From Psammoneis japonica (taxonomy: Eukaryota), in assembly GCA_008632985.1 (NCBI GenBank), contig QPGO01000222.1, forward strand, positions 1 through 64,000: a stretch of 64,000 nt of DNA, given 5' to 3'. How positions within the stretch are numbered: position 1 is the stretch's first letter; every line of letters begins with the position of its first letter. The position numbers and the translations under genes are program-made. Below the pieces are notes generated by a model. The model was not told the origin of the DNA, did no database searches, and saw only the letters and a program-made list of their open reading frames with translations. Shown piece by piece: positions 62,401-64,000 of the stretch.

Positions 62401-64000
62401 NNNNNNNNNNNNNNNNNNNNNNNNNNNNNNNNNNNNNNNNNNNNNNNNNNNNNNNNNNNNNNNNNNNNNNNNNNNNNNNNNNNNNNNNNNNNNNNNNNNN
62501 NNNNNNNNNNNNNNNNNNNNNNNNNNNNNNNNNNNNNNNNNNNNNNNNNNNNNNNNNNNNNNNNNNNNNNNNNNNNNNNNNNNNNNNNNNNNNNNNNNNN
62601 NNNNNNNNNNNNNNNNNNNNNNNNNNNNNNNNNNNNNNNNNNNNNNNNNNNNNNNNNNNNNNNNNNNNNNNNNNNNNNNNNNNNNNNNNNNNNNNNNNNN
62701 NNNNNNNNNNNNNNNNNNNNNNNNNNNNNNNNNNNNNNNNNNNNNNNNNNNNNNNNNNNNNNNNNNNNNNNNNNNNNNNNNNNNNNNNNNNNNNNNNNNN
62801 NNNNNNNNNNNNNNNNNNNNNNNNNNNNNNNNNNNNNNNNNNNNNNNNNNNNNNNNNNNNNNNNNNNNNNNNNNNNNNNNNNNNNNNNNNNNNNNNNNNN
62901 NNNNNNNNNNNNNNNNNNNNNNNNNNNNNNNNNNNNNNNNAGCAAACCCGAAACCTTTCCACTGCGCCCCTGCTGACGACAGAAATGGACAAACTCCTGG
63001 TTGATTCCAGCTGCCTCATGAATCATCTCGTGAGCTTCTCACAACTACGAATGGTCCATCCCAAAGAAAAAGGATCCTCTTCGTAGCAGACATGTGTAAG
63101 GTTTGGGTGTATCCAGGGCGACTCGGCTGGTTCTCCAACACTGGTTTGTGTGCCAAGGGGGTCGGCAACCATCATTTCTGCAATTGCCGAAACATTCATC
63201 TTTTTTCTTTTAGGCTGAAAGATCTCGATTGGTGCAACCGGCAAAGAGGGTGCTTCAGAGGGATCGACAACATACGACAGCACTGGAGAGCAAAAAAAAA
63301 AAGAAGCATGATCGAACAGATGGCACCGCCTGTGAGACATAGGAAACGTGCAGGCAAATCATGGGAACAAGAAGTCAACAAGCGGGGAGCACGGACGGCA
63401 GTTCCGGCACATGTCGAGTACGTACCGGTTGGACATTGATTTCTTTATCTCAAAGTAAGATTTCAACGGAAATTTTGGGAACAGTTGCAGGTGGGTAGGA
63501 GATGACAGCTTCTGCGCCATTAACGTCGTCCACAGGGTGCTCTTCACCTTTTCCTTTCTTCTCTTCCTACACCTCTGCAGGATGCATGAACATGAAAAGA
63601 ATGACACCAAACTTAAGAGCCCCGTCCAGGCGCCCAGAAAGGACGGCACACAAGCTGTCGTCCACAGCACTAACCCAAGACGCCAAATCGGCGTAACCGG
63701 CGAGAGACATTTTTCATCGATTGCTCTTTGAATGCTGCCGAGTACGCCTTTCAACTTTCCTCCGACCAAGAAGGTTCAGCGCAATGTTCACAGGCTCGGA
63801 AGAGCTATTCCACGAGATCCTCAAATTCAGCGATTCAGTCCATTCCGCAATGTCCTTGGCATCCCATCTCACACGGCGACTTTTGCTGAGGATTTTGAGC
63901 GATCGTACTGTAGATCTTCATGATGACATTTCCAGCCCGAGCATGATGTACCGTAAAGCATTTCTTGCATTCATTGTAAGTAGTGCTCACCTGGTATGGC
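59456..64000 (+). mobile_element. Dispersed repeat 'R', copy 3 (appears most TpA-eroded in the gene; runs off the window)
   Basis: Near-identical to 34867-39060. Starts ~160 bp upstream of the GRX3 ATG. Confidence 0.85.
59611..61448 (+). CDS. Two-exon hypothetical protein (~581 aa) with C-terminal RRSAR motif (copy 3, open)
   Basis: Exon 59611-60603, intron GTGAGT..CACAG 60604-60695 and exon 60696-61448 join in frame. Confidence 0.65.

Overview
This is eukaryotic DNA, most likely a diatom or other stramenopile; that call is inferred from compact genes, short GT-AG introns and a 7TM family typical of diatoms. The draft assembly has N gaps and single-base homopolymer frameshifts in housekeeping genes. 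Gene-rich blocks hold a DCC1/DUF393 oxidoreductase, a CAF16-like ABC ATPase, a 7TM receptor, a 2OG-Fe(II) oxygenase, a P450, an SLC37/GlpT transporter, NOP2, ALG7 and GRX3. They alternate with repeat and pseudogene blocks: two DBP4 pseudogenes, three copies of a 2.5-4.5 kb gene-carrying repeat, Ulp1/SET/SNF2 fragments, a Tc1/mariner-like TIR element and a MULE relic. Two observations stand out. (1) Repeat DNA appears to undergo a RIP-like process that converts TpA to TpG or CpA (A>G on either strand). It is visible directly between repeat copies and in a transposon's probable TA target-site duplication, and it leaves multi-kb tracts almost free of TpA. (2) An otherwise intact DCC1/DUF393 gene has an in-frame TGA exactly at the second Cys of its DGxCxxC motif, making it a candidate selenoprotein. 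All family calls come from motif recognition by eye; no searches or dinucleotide counts were run.
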